Source: an uncultured Actinomycetota bacterium (GTDB taxonomy: Bacteria; Actinomycetota; Actinomycetes; Actinomycetales; CAVURS01). Taken from it: a DNA stretch of 64,000 bases. The notes below the pieces were generated by a model. That model did not search any database and had not been told where the DNA came from. It saw nothing but the letters and a program-made list of their open reading frames with translations. Below, one piece after another: positions 46,239 through 55,331 of the stretch (the stretch's first letter is position 1; every line of letters begins with the position of its first letter). The stretch is from positions 56,097 to 120,096 of the forward strand of contig CAWIBR010000019.1 in the NCBI GenBank assembly GCA_963834425.1. Direction: 5' to 3'. Made by a program: the position numbers and the translations under genes.

Positions 46239-46296
46239 GCGACCATCATGTCGCGCGCGCCAGGGCGTTGCCCGTTCGCGCTCAGTAGCATGAACG

Positions 46297-47475
46297 ATGA
46301 GCTTCGACTTCAGCCTCGCGCCCGCCGTCGAGGAGCAGCGACAGCTGATCGCCGACTTCGTCCGTGACCAGGTCATCCCGTTGGAACAGCAGGCGTTCCG
46401 GGACGGCGTCAACGACGACCTGCGTCGCCAACTGCAAGCGGCCGCCCGCGACGCAGGAGTCTGGGCGCCGCAAGTGCCCACGACGTACGGCGGGGGTGGC
46501 TTCAGCTTCACCGACTCGGCGGTGCTGCTGGAGGAGGCCGGCTACAGCCTGCTCGGACCACTGGCGTTGAACTGCTCAGCGCCGGACGAGGGCAACATCG
46601 CGATGCTGCACGAGATTGCGACCGACGGGCAACGTGAGCGCTACCTGCGACCGCTGGCCGAGGGCAGCGTCCGATCGTGCTTCGCGATGACCGAGCCGGC
46701 GCCCGGAGCCGGGTCGGACCCGGCGGCGCTGTCGACGGTCGCTCGGAAGGTCTCCGGCGGATGGGTCATCGACGGGCACAAGCACCTGATCACGGGGGCT
46801 GACGGCGCGGCGTACGCGATTGTCATGGCGCGCAACGGGACTGGTGCGCCCGAGGGAGCGACGATGTTCCTGGTCGACGCCGAGAACCCGGGCTGGCTGG
46901 TCGGCGAGCACCTGCGCACCATCGACGCGTCGACCATCGGCGGCCACTGCGTGGTCGAGCTCCGCGAGCTGTTCGTCGCCGATGACGCCGTCCTGGGAGA
47001 GGTCGGGCGGGGCTTCGCCAACGCACAGGTCCGGCTGGCACCGGCTCGGCTGACTCACTGCATGCGCTGGCTCGGCGCTGCTCGACGGGCGCACGACATC
47101 GCGCTGGGCCGGGCCGTGCGGCGCGATCTCTTCGGCTCGCGGTTGTCCGATCTGGGAATGGCCCAGCAACAGATCGCCGACAACGAGATCGACCTCGCGG
47201 CCGCGCGGGCCCTGCTCTGGCATGCGTGTTGGCAATTGGAGTCCGGCGGTCGGAGCACCGAGGAATCGTCGCGGGCCAAGGTCTTCGTCAGCGAGGCGGT
47301 CGGCCGGATCGTCGACCGGTCGGTGCAGCTGGCCGGCGGTCTGGGCCTGAGCGAGGAGCTCGTCCTGGGCCGGATCTACGCAGACATCCGGGCGTTCCGG
47401 ATTTATGACGGGCCGTCCGAGGTGCACCGGATGTCGATCGCGCGGCGCGCAGCCCGGCGGGCCATTGACTCTTGA
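46297..47475 (+). CDS. acyl-CoA dehydrogenase family protein
   Basis: CFAMTEPAPGAGSDPAAL...GGWVIDGHKHLITGA..., and the C-terminal ...RIYDGPSEVHRMSIAR. Confidence 0.9.
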   Translation: MSFDFSLAPAVEEQRQLIADFVRDQVIPLEQQAFRDGVNDDLRRQLQAAARDAGVWAPQVPTTYGGGGFSFTDSAVLLEEAGYSLLGPLALNCSAPDEGNIAMLHEIATDGQRERYLRPLAEGSVRSCFAMTEPAPGAGSDPAALSTVARKVSGGWVIDGHKHLITGADGAAYAIVMARNGTGAPEGATMFLVDAENPGWLVGEHLRTIDASTIGGHCVVELRELFVADDAVLGEVGRGFANAQVRLAPARLTHCMRWLGAARRAHDIALGRAVRRDLFGSRLSDLGMAQQQIADNEIDLAAARALLWHACWQLESGGRSTEESSRAKVFVSEAVGRIVDRSVQLAGGLGLSEELVLGRIYADIRAFRIYDGPSEVHRMSIARRAARRAIDS

Positions 47476-47499
47476 CATTAGATTATAACTTTGTAGCCT
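47472..47499 (+). promoter_or_regulatory. strong sigma70-type promoter giving a leaderless GntR transcript
   Basis: TTGACA (47472-47477, overlapping the ACAD stop TGA), 16 nt of AT-rich spacer (TTAGATTATAACTTTG), TAGCCT (47494-47499), 6 nt, ATG 47506. Confidence 0.5.
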
Positions 47500-47505
47500 T
47501 CGGGA

Positions 47506-48270
47506 ATGCTGACGGTCCCGGCGGTGCAAGAGCGGCTGGCCGGTGCCGTCCATCGCCATAGTCCGCTGCCGCTGCACCACCAGATCAAAGTCGCTGTGCT
47601 GCAGGGGATCGAGCAAGGTTGGTTGCGACCCGGCGAGCAACTCCCTCGCGAGAGGGAGCTGGCCCAGGCGCTCGGCGTGAGCCTCGCGCCGGTGCGTCAA
47701 GCCATGGTCGATCTCACCAAGGAGGGCTACGTCGACCGGACGCGTGGCAAGGGCACCTTCGTCCGTGAGCGCAAGCTGGTCGAGAAGATTCAGATCCTGG
47801 GCAGCTTCCACGCGTCGATGGAGCGCCAGGGCCTGCGGCCGACCGTCACCGTCCTCACCAACGAGATCCTGCACGCGCCGGAGGAGGTTGCGGCGGCCCT
47901 GTCCATGCGCGGCCGCGAGGCCTGGTGCCTGCGCCGGTTGGCCACGCTGGACGCCGCGCCACTGGCTCTGCTGACCGCCTGGCTGCCGGCCCGGCTGGCC
48001 CGCGGGATGGGCGAGCACGACCTCGGCGCGGGGTCGCTCTACGACGCTCTCGCCGAGGTCCACGGCATCGAGATGACAGCGGCCGACAACCTGGTCGAGG
48101 TCGGGCGGGCCGGCCTCGACGACGCCGACCTGCTCGGGCTCACCCCCGGCTCGCCCCTGCTCCGCGTGGTCGGCATCACCCGGAGCCAGAAGGACAAGCC
48201 AGTGGAGTACTCCGACGTGCTCTACCGACCGGAGCAGTTCCGATTCGCGATCGAGAGCCGCCGCACGTAG
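47506..48270 (+). CDS. GntR-family regulator, HutC/UTRA subfamily
   Basis: LPRERELAQALGVSLAPVRQAMVDLTKEGYVDRTRGKGTFV HTH plus a UTRA effector domain. Confidence 0.85.
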   Translation: MLTVPAVQERLAGAVHRHSPLPLHHQIKVAVLQGIEQGWLRPGEQLPRERELAQALGVSLAPVRQAMVDLTKEGYVDRTRGKGTFVRERKLVEKIQILGSFHASMERQGLRPTVTVLTNEILHAPEEVAAALSMRGREAWCLRRLATLDAAPLALLTAWLPARLARGMGEHDLGAGSLYDALAEVHGIEMTAADNLVEVGRAGLDDADLLGLTPGSPLLRVVGITRSQKDKPVEYSDVLYRPEQFRFAIESRRT

Positions 48271-48333
48271 TCCCCGAACTGACCGACCCGACCCGAACCC
48301 CGGCCCGTCCCCTGCAATGACGCTGGAGGAGAA

Positions 48334-50007
48334 ATGGCAAGCGACGTATCCATGCCGTCGGACTTTGCCGACGGTGGACAGACCTTCGTCCGCAACGCGA
48401 CCGGCCTGGTCCGGGAGGTGTCCAAGTGGGACGCCTTGATCATGAACAGCCTCGGCATGAACGTCGCCCTCGGCGCGGTGTTCCTGCTGCTGCAGGCGCC
48501 CGGCAACTTCCCGGGCGGCAGCATGCTGCTGGCCATCGTCATCGGCACGCTGGTGATGGCCTTCACGCTGCTCTGGGTCTACTCCGAGTTCGCGGCCGCC
48601 ATGCCCCGCTCCGGCGGTGACTACGTGTTCGTCAGCCGGTCGCTGCACCCGGTCGTGGGCTGGCTGCTCTCCTGGAGCCAGGGCATGTGGCTGATCTTCT
48701 TCTGGATCGGCTTCAACGCCTGGTTCGCCCTGACCTTCGCGGTGCCGGTCACCTTCACCACGATCGGCGCGGTCACCGGGCACACCGGCTTCATCAATGC
48801 GAGCAACTCGCTGCTGGCCCAGCACACGGTGCTCGGCATCACCACCCAGTGGTGGGTGATCCTGTTCGGGGCCCTCCTGACCTTCGGCTTCTGCGCCGTA
48901 CTCATCTTCGGCTCGCAGTCCTACTGGCGGCTGCAGAAGTGGCTCTTCGGGCTGGCCGGGCTGAGCCTGGTGATCGTGGCCGGCTTGCTGCTCTTCCGTG
49001 GTGGCCAGATCGAGCAGGCCTGGAACCAGTTCGCCAGCGCCAACAACGGCCTGGAGTACCAGAACATCATCAGCACGGCCAAAGCCTCAGGCTTCGGTGG
49101 CACCAAGGGGTTCAGTCTGACGGCGACGATCCTGATGCTGCCGTGGGTCTTCTTCGTCGTCGGCTACGCCCAGGGCTCGGCCCAGATCGGCGGCGAGGTG
49201 AAGCGGGCCAGCCGCACGCAGTACTTCGCGATGGTCGGCGGCGTCCTGATCAACGGCCTGGTCCTCGGGTTGATCGTGCTGCTCTACCAGCACACGGTCG
49301 GCAACGAGTGGGCCAGCAGCCTGTCGTACCTGAACAACACCGCGCCCGACAAGCTCGGTCTGCCCGGTGGGCTGCCACCGAGCATCGTGCTGATGGGCAG
49401 CATGCTGACCAACAGCGTTCCGATCCTGTTGCTCATCGGCGTCGGCTTCATCCTGTGGGCCTTGATGGGCACGCCGCTGTCGACCCTGCAGGCAACGCGC
49501 TACATGCTGGCCTGGTCGCTGGATCGCACGGTGCCCAAGCAGCTCGGTGAGGTCAACGACAAGTACCACACGCCGGTCAAGGCGATCTTGCTCTGCGGCG
49601 TCACGGGCGTGGTCGCACTCGTCGCGCTGGTCCGCATCCCGCAGGCCAGCCTGCTGGGTGCACTGCTCGCGCAGATCGTCGCGTTCATCGTCGTGAGCAT
49701 CGCGGGGATCGTCTTTCCCTACCGGCTCCCGCAGATCTGGGAGGGCGGCGGCGGCCGGCGGCTGCTCGGCGTACCGGCCATCACCTTGGCCGGCATCGGC
49801 GGCGTCATTGCCCTCGGCGGCCTGATGATCATGTTCATCTTCAACGACACGGTCAACGCGACCTTCGCCGTCACGCGCGGCATCTCGCTGAAGTTCATGA
49901 TCGGGGTCATCGTGGTGGGCGCGATCTGGTACGCCGCGGCCTGGTCGCTCAACAAACGGCGCGGGGTCGACCTCGCCCTCGCCTACCGGGAGATCCCGCC
50001 AGAGTGA
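48334..50007 (+). CDS. APC-superfamily amino acid/amine permease
   Basis: 557 aa with 12-14 hydrophobic segments. ...EFAAAMPRSGGDYVFVSR is typical of APC carriers. RBS GGAGGAG. Confidence 0.85.
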   Translation: MASDVSMPSDFADGGQTFVRNATGLVREVSKWDALIMNSLGMNVALGAVFLLLQAPGNFPGGSMLLAIVIGTLVMAFTLLWVYSEFAAAMPRSGGDYVFVSRSLHPVVGWLLSWSQGMWLIFFWIGFNAWFALTFAVPVTFTTIGAVTGHTGFINASNSLLAQHTVLGITTQWWVILFGALLTFGFCAVLIFGSQSYWRLQKWLFGLAGLSLVIVAGLLLFRGGQIEQAWNQFASANNGLEYQNIISTAKASGFGGTKGFSLTATILMLPWVFFVVGYAQGSAQIGGEVKRASRTQYFAMVGGVLINGLVLGLIVLLYQHTVGNEWASSLSYLNNTAPDKLGLPGGLPPSIVLMGSMLTNSVPILLLIGVGFILWALMGTPLSTLQATRYMLAWSLDRTVPKQLGEVNDKYHTPVKAILLCGVTGVVALVALVRIPQASLLGALLAQIVAFIVVSIAGIVFPYRLPQIWEGGGGRRLLGVPAITLAGIGGVIALGGLMIMFIFNDTVNATFAVTRGISLKFMIGVIVVGAIWYAAAWSLNKRRGVDLALAYREIPPE

Positions 50008-52139
50008 CGGATTCGACGCGCACACCAGCGAAGGGCCACGTCGTCGTCGTCGGGAACCTGACGATCGACGACGTGGTCCTGCCCGATGGCCAGACCCTGA
50101 TGGGTCGCCTCGGGGGCAACACGGTCCACTCCGCTACCGCCGTCCTGGCCTGCGGCGTGCCCGTGGCGATCGTGACCCGCAAGGGCGAGGACTTCCCTGC
50201 GGAGGCTCTCGATGCGTTGGCCGCGGCCGGAGCCGACGTCAGCGGCGTCGTCGCCGTGCCCGGCCCGACCGTGCGGAACTGGGTGATCTACGAGTCGGAC
50301 GGGAGCCGGCACTGGCTCTATCGCACGCCGCCGGCCCGCTCGGCCGAAGTCGCACCAGAGCCGGCCGACATCACCCGAGTCGGCCTCGAGGGAGCCGCGG
50401 TCGTGCATGTGGCGGCCATGCCCTTGGCCAATGCCGAGCGGGTGGTCGCCGAGGTCCGTCGGCTCGCGCCCGGGGCGCTGATCACGCTGGACACCCACGA
50501 GGACTGGGTCGGCTCCGTGCGCGAGCGGTTGCTCGACCTTGCCCGCTCGGTGGACGTCTTCGAGCCGAGCCTGGAGGAGTTGCAGGAGCTCACCCGCACG
50601 CAGACTGCGGCCGATGGCCTGGCGGCCCTGGCCGCCGCCGGATTGACGGGTTGCGTCGTCAAGGCGGGTGCCGACGGCGCCTACCTGCTGGCGGACGGGG
50701 CCATCGTGCACGTCCCGGCACTGGCGACCCGCGCCGTGGATACGACGGGGGCGGGCGATGCCTTCTGTGGTGGTCTGGCCGCTGGTCTGGCCAGCGGACT
50801 CGACCGGCTCGACGCCGTCGCCCTCGGCGTAGCTACCGCCGGCACGGCCGTTGGCGCGTCGGGGAGTTTGCGCCTCCTCGCAACCGAGGTGGACGAGGAG
50901 GGGCTGCGCGCGGCCGGCCGGACTCAGGCGACGCAGTCCCGGCCGCTCGACCCTCCTGGGGCTCTCGGCCCGGCCGCCGTGGTGGAGCGGAGTGCCCCCG
51001 ACCAGGCGAGCGAGTCGAGCGAACCAGACGGCGGGTCGTACGCGATCGACGTCATGCGGCGCGAGATCGCCATGATCCCCGATGTCGTCGCAGCGGCTGT
51101 CGACGATCCCGAAGGGCGGCTGACCTCGGTCGCGAAATCGATGCTGGCTCAAGACATCTCGCACCTGTGGCTGACCGGGTGCGGCGACAGTGCCTTCGCC
51201 GGTCAGGCCGTCGTCCTGGCCTTCCAACGTCACACGGCCGTCACGCCGCACGCCAGCCACGCGCTCGACCTGTCACGCTACGAGGTCCGCTACCTTCCGA
51301 GCGGGAGTGCGGTGCTCGGGGTGTCGTTCTCCGGCCAAGTCGGCCGGACGACCGAAGCGCTTGCTCAAGCCCAGCGGTTCGGGACGCCCACCTACGCCTT
51401 GACCAACGCTCCGACTGCCCAACTGGCCGGCGCGGCCGACGCAGTCATCCCGCTCGAGGTGACCACGCTGGGCTTCTCCCCCGGCACGTCGACCTACGTC
51501 GCGATGGTCGGCAACCTCCTCCGGCTGGCCGGGGCTCTGAGCGAGATCGCCTCCGGTGACGAGGAGTTCATCCGCCGGTTGGCTGCGCTCCCCGAGCAGG
51601 CGGCGCGCACCCTCGAGCTGTGCGCGGAGCCGGCCTTCGTTGCCGCGCAGCGACTTCAGGGCCGCGCCTGGACAACGTTCCTGGGCGCCGGACCCGGTGA
51701 GGCCACGGCCCGGTTCGGCGCGGCCAAGCTGTTCGAAGGGCCGCAGCAGCTCGCCGTCTCGACCAACCTCGAAGAATGGGCCCACGAGGAGTACTTCGTC
51801 ACCCGCGTCGGAGATCCGGTCGTGCTGGTCAACCCCAGTGGTGCCGGCTACGACCGAGGGTTGGAGATCCTGTCCGAGCTCCGGTACATCGGTGCGCAAC
51901 CGATCGTGGTGTCCGACCTGCGCCCTCCGCCTGGCGCTCCCGCCGACGAGCTGTGGCTACCGCTCTGCCCCGGAGTGCCGGAGGAGTTGTCGCCGGTGAC
52001 CGGCGCCCTCCCCTTGGCCCTCATGGGCTTTCACCTGGCCGAGCTGGGCGGCAAGCAGTCCTATAACTTCCCGAACGAAGCCGTCCGAACCGAGCATTAC
52101 GACACCATTCACCGCGCGACGATCGGGGAGCCGGCATGA
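50004..52139 (+). CDS. fusion protein: PfkB-family sugar kinase (N, ~300 aa) + double-SIS sugar-phosphate isomerase/deglycase domain (C, ~370 aa)
   Basis: N-terminal: VVVVGNLTIDDVV...NTVHSA...DTTGAGDAFCGGLAAGL (PfkB signature 2). An acidic linker follows. C-terminal: LWLTGCGDSAFAG...VSFSGQVGRTTEAL...FLGAGPGEATARFGAAKLFE (GlmS/FrlB-type SIS x2). GTGA overlap with the permease. Confidence 0.8.
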   Translation: MTDSTRTPAKGHVVVVGNLTIDDVVLPDGQTLMGRLGGNTVHSATAVLACGVPVAIVTRKGEDFPAEALDALAAAGADVSGVVAVPGPTVRNWVIYESDGSRHWLYRTPPARSAEVAPEPADITRVGLEGAAVVHVAAMPLANAERVVAEVRRLAPGALITLDTHEDWVGSVRERLLDLARSVDVFEPSLEELQELTRTQTAADGLAALAAAGLTGCVVKAGADGAYLLADGAIVHVPALATRAVDTTGAGDAFCGGLAAGLASGLDRLDAVALGVATAGTAVGASGSLRLLATEVDEEGLRAAGRTQATQSRPLDPPGALGPAAVVERSAPDQASESSEPDGGSYAIDVMRREIAMIPDVVAAAVDDPEGRLTSVAKSMLAQDISHLWLTGCGDSAFAGQAVVLAFQRHTAVTPHASHALDLSRYEVRYLPSGSAVLGVSFSGQVGRTTEALAQAQRFGTPTYALTNAPTAQLAGAADAVIPLEVTTLGFSPGTSTYVAMVGNLLRLAGALSEIASGDEEFIRRLAALPEQAARTLELCAEPAFVAAQRLQGRAWTTFLGAGPGEATARFGAAKLFEGPQQLAVSTNLEEWAHEEYFVTRVGDPVVLVNPSGAGYDRGLEILSELRYIGAQPIVVSDLRPPPGAPADELWLPLCPGVPEELSPVTGALPLALMGFHLAELGGKQSYNFPNEAVRTEHYDTIHRATIGEPA

Positions 52140-52918
52140 GTGCGGACAGCGGCCCGCTCGCCGAGGTGGTGCCGGAGGCCCGGCGGATCGTCGACGTGGC
52201 CGCCGCACACCAGCTCACGGCCCGCGTGCTCGGCGGCGCCGGGGTCGCACTACACGATCACCTCGACGTGCCCGAGACCCTCGAGCGCACCTACGGCGAC
52301 ATCGACATCGTCGTACCCGCCAAGTCGACCCGCGCGACCGCAACTGCGCTGGGCGCCCTGGGCTATCTGCCCAACGAGCGGTTCAACGCGCTGCATGGGG
52401 CGCGGCGAATGTTGTTCTACGACACCGCCAACGGACGTCAGCTGGATGTCTTCGTCGGAACCTTCCACATGTGTCACGAGCTGGATCTGGGCAAACGTCT
52501 CGCCGAGCATCCGAGTGCGCTCGACGCCGCCGACCTCTTGCTGACCAAGCTCCAGATCGCGGAGATCAACCGCAAGGACATCGTCGATGGCGTCCGCATC
52601 CTGTTGACCCACGAGGTGGCCGAGGCCCCGAGGCCCGGGCTGGTGGACATCCTGTCGATCCGACGCCTCCGCGAGGTGACGAGCGCCGACTGGGGCTGGT
52701 TCACGACCTTTACCGACAACCTGGCGCTCGTGCGGACAGCGACGCCCGAGCTCCTCGACGACGGGCCGTCCACCCTGGTGCTGAGCCGCATCGACGCCGT
52801 ACAAAGAGCGTTGGCCGAGGCTCCGAAGTCGTTGCGCTGGAAGGCTCGCAGCGTGGTCGGACGTAAGACAGCCTGGTACGAGCTCCCTGAAGAAGTGGAC
52901 CGAGGTGCAGCACGGTGA
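52136..52918 (+). CDS. Pol-beta-superfamily nucleotidyltransferase-fold protein (uncharacterised family)
   Basis: LGGAGVALH...RTYGDIDIVVP (GG...DxD minimal NTase motif) followed by a helical C-terminal region. ATGA overlap with the upstream gene. Confidence 0.55.
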   Translation: MSADSGPLAEVVPEARRIVDVAAAHQLTARVLGGAGVALHDHLDVPETLERTYGDIDIVVPAKSTRATATALGALGYLPNERFNALHGARRMLFYDTANGRQLDVFVGTFHMCHELDLGKRLAEHPSALDAADLLLTKLQIAEINRKDIVDGVRILLTHEVAEAPRPGLVDILSIRRLREVTSADWGWFTTFTDNLALVRTATPELLDDGPSTLVLSRIDAVQRALAEAPKSLRWKARSVVGRKTAWYELPEEVDRGAAR

Positions 52919-53868
52919 AGGATGCCAAGATCTTCTTTGCGACAGACATCCACGGATCGGACCGGTGCCTGCGCAAGTTCCTCAACGCCGGCAAGTTCTA
53001 CGGCGTCGACGCAGTCGTCATGGGCGGTGACATCACCGGCAAGATGATCGTCCCCGTCGTCGAGGAGGCCGGCGGCACCTTCTCGGCCCAGCTGTTCGGG
53101 CGCAAGCGAACGGTGGACGCCGAGGGCCTGGCCGGGCTGCACAAGTTCATTGCCGACGCCGGCTTCTATCCACACGCGATGTCGCCCGAGGAGATGCAGG
53201 CACTGCGCGAGGACCCGACCGCGGTCGATGAGCTCTTCCGCAAGCTGATGAACGAGACGATGAGTCGCTGGATCGACATGGCCGAGGATCGGCTGGCCGG
53301 GACCGGCATCGAGTGCATCTTCGCTCCCGGCAACGACGACCCGTTCTTCATCGACGACCTCTTGTCCAGCAGCGACTCGGTGGTCAATCCCGACGGCCGG
53401 GTCATCGAACTGCCCGGCGGCTACTCGATGATCTCGGTCGGCTACTCCAACCGGACGCCTTGGGCCTCGCCCCGCGAGCTCGACGAGGACGACCTGCGCG
53501 CGGCGATCGACACCGAGGTGGCCAAGCTGCCCGATCCGAGCCGGGCGATCTTCAACTTGCACGTGCCGCCGCACAACACTCCGATCGACCAGGCGATGGA
53601 GCTCGATGCGGACTTCCGCCCCGTGGTCAAGGGTGGCTCGCCGGTGATCACCGGCGTCGGCAGCACTGCGGTGCGGGACGCCATCACCGACTACCAGCCA
53701 ATGCTGAGCCTGCACGGGCACATCCACGAGTCGCGCGGGGAGGCTCGGATCGGTCGCACGCTCGCACTGAACCCCGGCAGCGAGTACAGCGAGGGCGTCC
53801 TGCGCGGCGTCATCGTCAACCTCTCACCTCGAAAGGGACTTCGTGGATACCAGCTCGTCGCCGGTTGA
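52915..53868 (+). CDS. calcineurin-like metallophosphoesterase
   Basis: Motifs in order: ATDIHGS, GGDITGK, PGNDD, NLHVPP, LHGHIHES. GTGA overlap with the upstream gene. Confidence 0.78.
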   Translation: MKDAKIFFATDIHGSDRCLRKFLNAGKFYGVDAVVMGGDITGKMIVPVVEEAGGTFSAQLFGRKRTVDAEGLAGLHKFIADAGFYPHAMSPEEMQALREDPTAVDELFRKLMNETMSRWIDMAEDRLAGTGIECIFAPGNDDPFFIDDLLSSSDSVVNPDGRVIELPGGYSMISVGYSNRTPWASPRELDEDDLRAAIDTEVAKLPDPSRAIFNLHVPPHNTPIDQAMELDADFRPVVKGGSPVITGVGSTAVRDAITDYQPMLSLHGHIHESRGEARIGRTLALNPGSEYSEGVLRGVIVNLSPRKGLRGYQLVAG

Positions 53869-54412
53869 GGTCGCCGTCATCGGGTCGGCGCGGATCGGCC
53901 CGGGGGACGCCCGCCACGACGACGCCGTCCGGCTCGGCGCTGCCTTGGCCGACGCCGGCTGGACCGTCGTGACCGGCGGGTACGGCGGGTTGATGGGCGC
54001 CACCGCATCCGGAGCGGCGTCGCGGGGGGGCCACACAGTCGGCTTGCCGATGCGACCTTGGCAGCACCTGGAGCCAGACGCCCACCACGCCGAACTTCGG
54101 TGGAGCGACGACTATGCCGAACGAATGCGTCACCTGCTGCAGGCCGACGTCGTCGTCGGTCTGCCCGGCGGTGTGGGTACCTTGGCCGAGGCCAGTGGGG
54201 TGTGGGCGGCCGTCCAGACCGAGCCCGGCTCCGCCGGCCTGGTCCTGGTCGGCGACAACTGGGGCCGCCTCGTGGAGGGCTTCGCCCGAGAGCTGGTCAT
54301 CGACCCGGCCGACCTCGCCTTGGCGCATTGCGTCGCGAGCGTGGACGACGTGGTCGCCGTCATCGGCGATCTGCTCGATCATCCCGACCAGCAGCTCTCG
54401 GCCCGCGGGTAG
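53843..54412 (+). CDS. LOG-family (TIGR00730 / lysine-decarboxylase-like) nucleotide N-ribohydrolase-fold protein
   Basis: VAVIGSAR...VVTGGYGGLMGA...LPGGVGTLAEA (PGGxGTxxE). GTG follows GAAAGGGA. 26-nt overlap with the phosphoesterase gene. Confidence 0.8.
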   Translation: MDTSSSPVEVAVIGSARIGPGDARHDDAVRLGAALADAGWTVVTGGYGGLMGATASGAASRGGHTVGLPMRPWQHLEPDAHHAELRWSDDYAERMRHLLQADVVVGLPGGVGTLAEASGVWAAVQTEPGSAGLVLVGDNWGRLVEGFARELVIDPADLALAHCVASVDDVVAVIGDLLDHPDQQLSARG

Positions 54413-54443
54413 CCCTTCGGTCACCGAGCCGGCCGAGCCGGGA

Positions 54444-55331
54444 TCAACTCTGGGCCAACCGACCCAGCTTCCCGGGTGCACGGACGAAGTCGATCCGGTG
54501 CACCCGCTGGTCCACGAAGGTCAACGCCACCACGGTCGTCACGCCCCGCGGGCCGATGAGGGCCAGCCCGGGACCACCGTTGACCGGGACCGGCACCAGC
54601 CGCTCGTCCGGTGCCACGTTGCCCGCGATCCCCAACAGGAATCGCGCGACCCGCTCGGCCCCACGCACCGGGTGACGCGCGGCGTTGACCTCGCCACCAC
54701 CGTCGGACGTCAGCACCACGTCGGGATCCAGGGTCGCGATCAGCGCGTCCAGATCACCGCCGCCCGCTGCCTTCAGGAAGGCGGCCACCGCCTCGGTGTG
54801 CTGCCCCGCGTGGATCTCGACGCGCGGCTCCCGCTCCCGGATGTGACCTCGCGCCCGAGCCGCGAGCTGGCGCACCGCCTGCGGGCTGCGGCCGACGACA
54901 TCGGCCACCTCGGTGAAGGGCAGCCCGAAGACGTCGTGCAGCACCCAGGCCGTCCGCTCGGCGGGTGTCAAGGATTCCAACACCACCAGGAGCGCGAAGC
55001 TCACGGTGTCGTCGAGCGTCACGCGGTCGGCCGGATCACCCTGCGCCGCAGGCAGATTCAGCACTGGCTCCGGCAGCCACGGCCCGACATAGGTCTCTCG
55101 GCGGATGCGAGCCGATCGCAGGGCGTCCAAGGCGGCGCGGGCAACCGCCACTGTCGACCAGGCCTCGACGTCGCGGATCGGCTCGGTCGCATCCGCGGCC
55201 GAGAGTCTCAGCCATGCCTCCGAGACGACGTCTTCGGCCTCAGCCCGGCTGCCCAGGATCGCGTAGGCGACCCGGATCAGGTGCGGCCGGGCCCGCTCGT
55301 AATCTTCGGCCAGATCGTCCAGTCGGGTCAT
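54444..55331 (-). CDS. ECF sigma factor with fused SnoaL-like C-terminal domain (ECF41 / SigJ-like)
   Basis: Region 2 RPHLIRVAYAILGSRAEAEDVVSEAWLRL and region 4 LTPAERTAWVLHDVFGLPFTEVADVVGRSPQAVRQLAARAR, plus a ~100-aa extension. No anti-sigma gene is present. ATGA overlap with the upstream gene. Confidence 0.8.
   Translation of the reverse strand: MTRLDDLAEDYERARPHLIRVAYAILGSRAEAEDVVSEAWLRLSAADATEPIRDVEAWSTVAVARAALDALRSARIRRETYVGPWLPEPVLNLPAAQGDPADRVTLDDTVSFALLVVLESLTPAERTAWVLHDVFGLPFTEVADVVGRSPQAVRQLAARARGHIREREPRVEIHAGQHTEAVAAFLKAAGGGDLDALIATLDPDVVLTSDGGGEVNAARHPVRGAERVARFLLGIAGNVAPDERLVPVPVNGGPGLALIGPRGVTTVVALTFVDQRVHRIDFVRAPGKLGRLAQS

Noticed and set aside
52136-52918. Nucleotidyltransferase as an AbiEii-type toxin of a type IV toxin-antitoxin pair
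   Set aside because: There is no adjacent AbiEi-like antitoxin or regulator. The gene is ATGA/GTGA-coupled on both sides to enzymes within a five-gene operon, which favours a pathway role.
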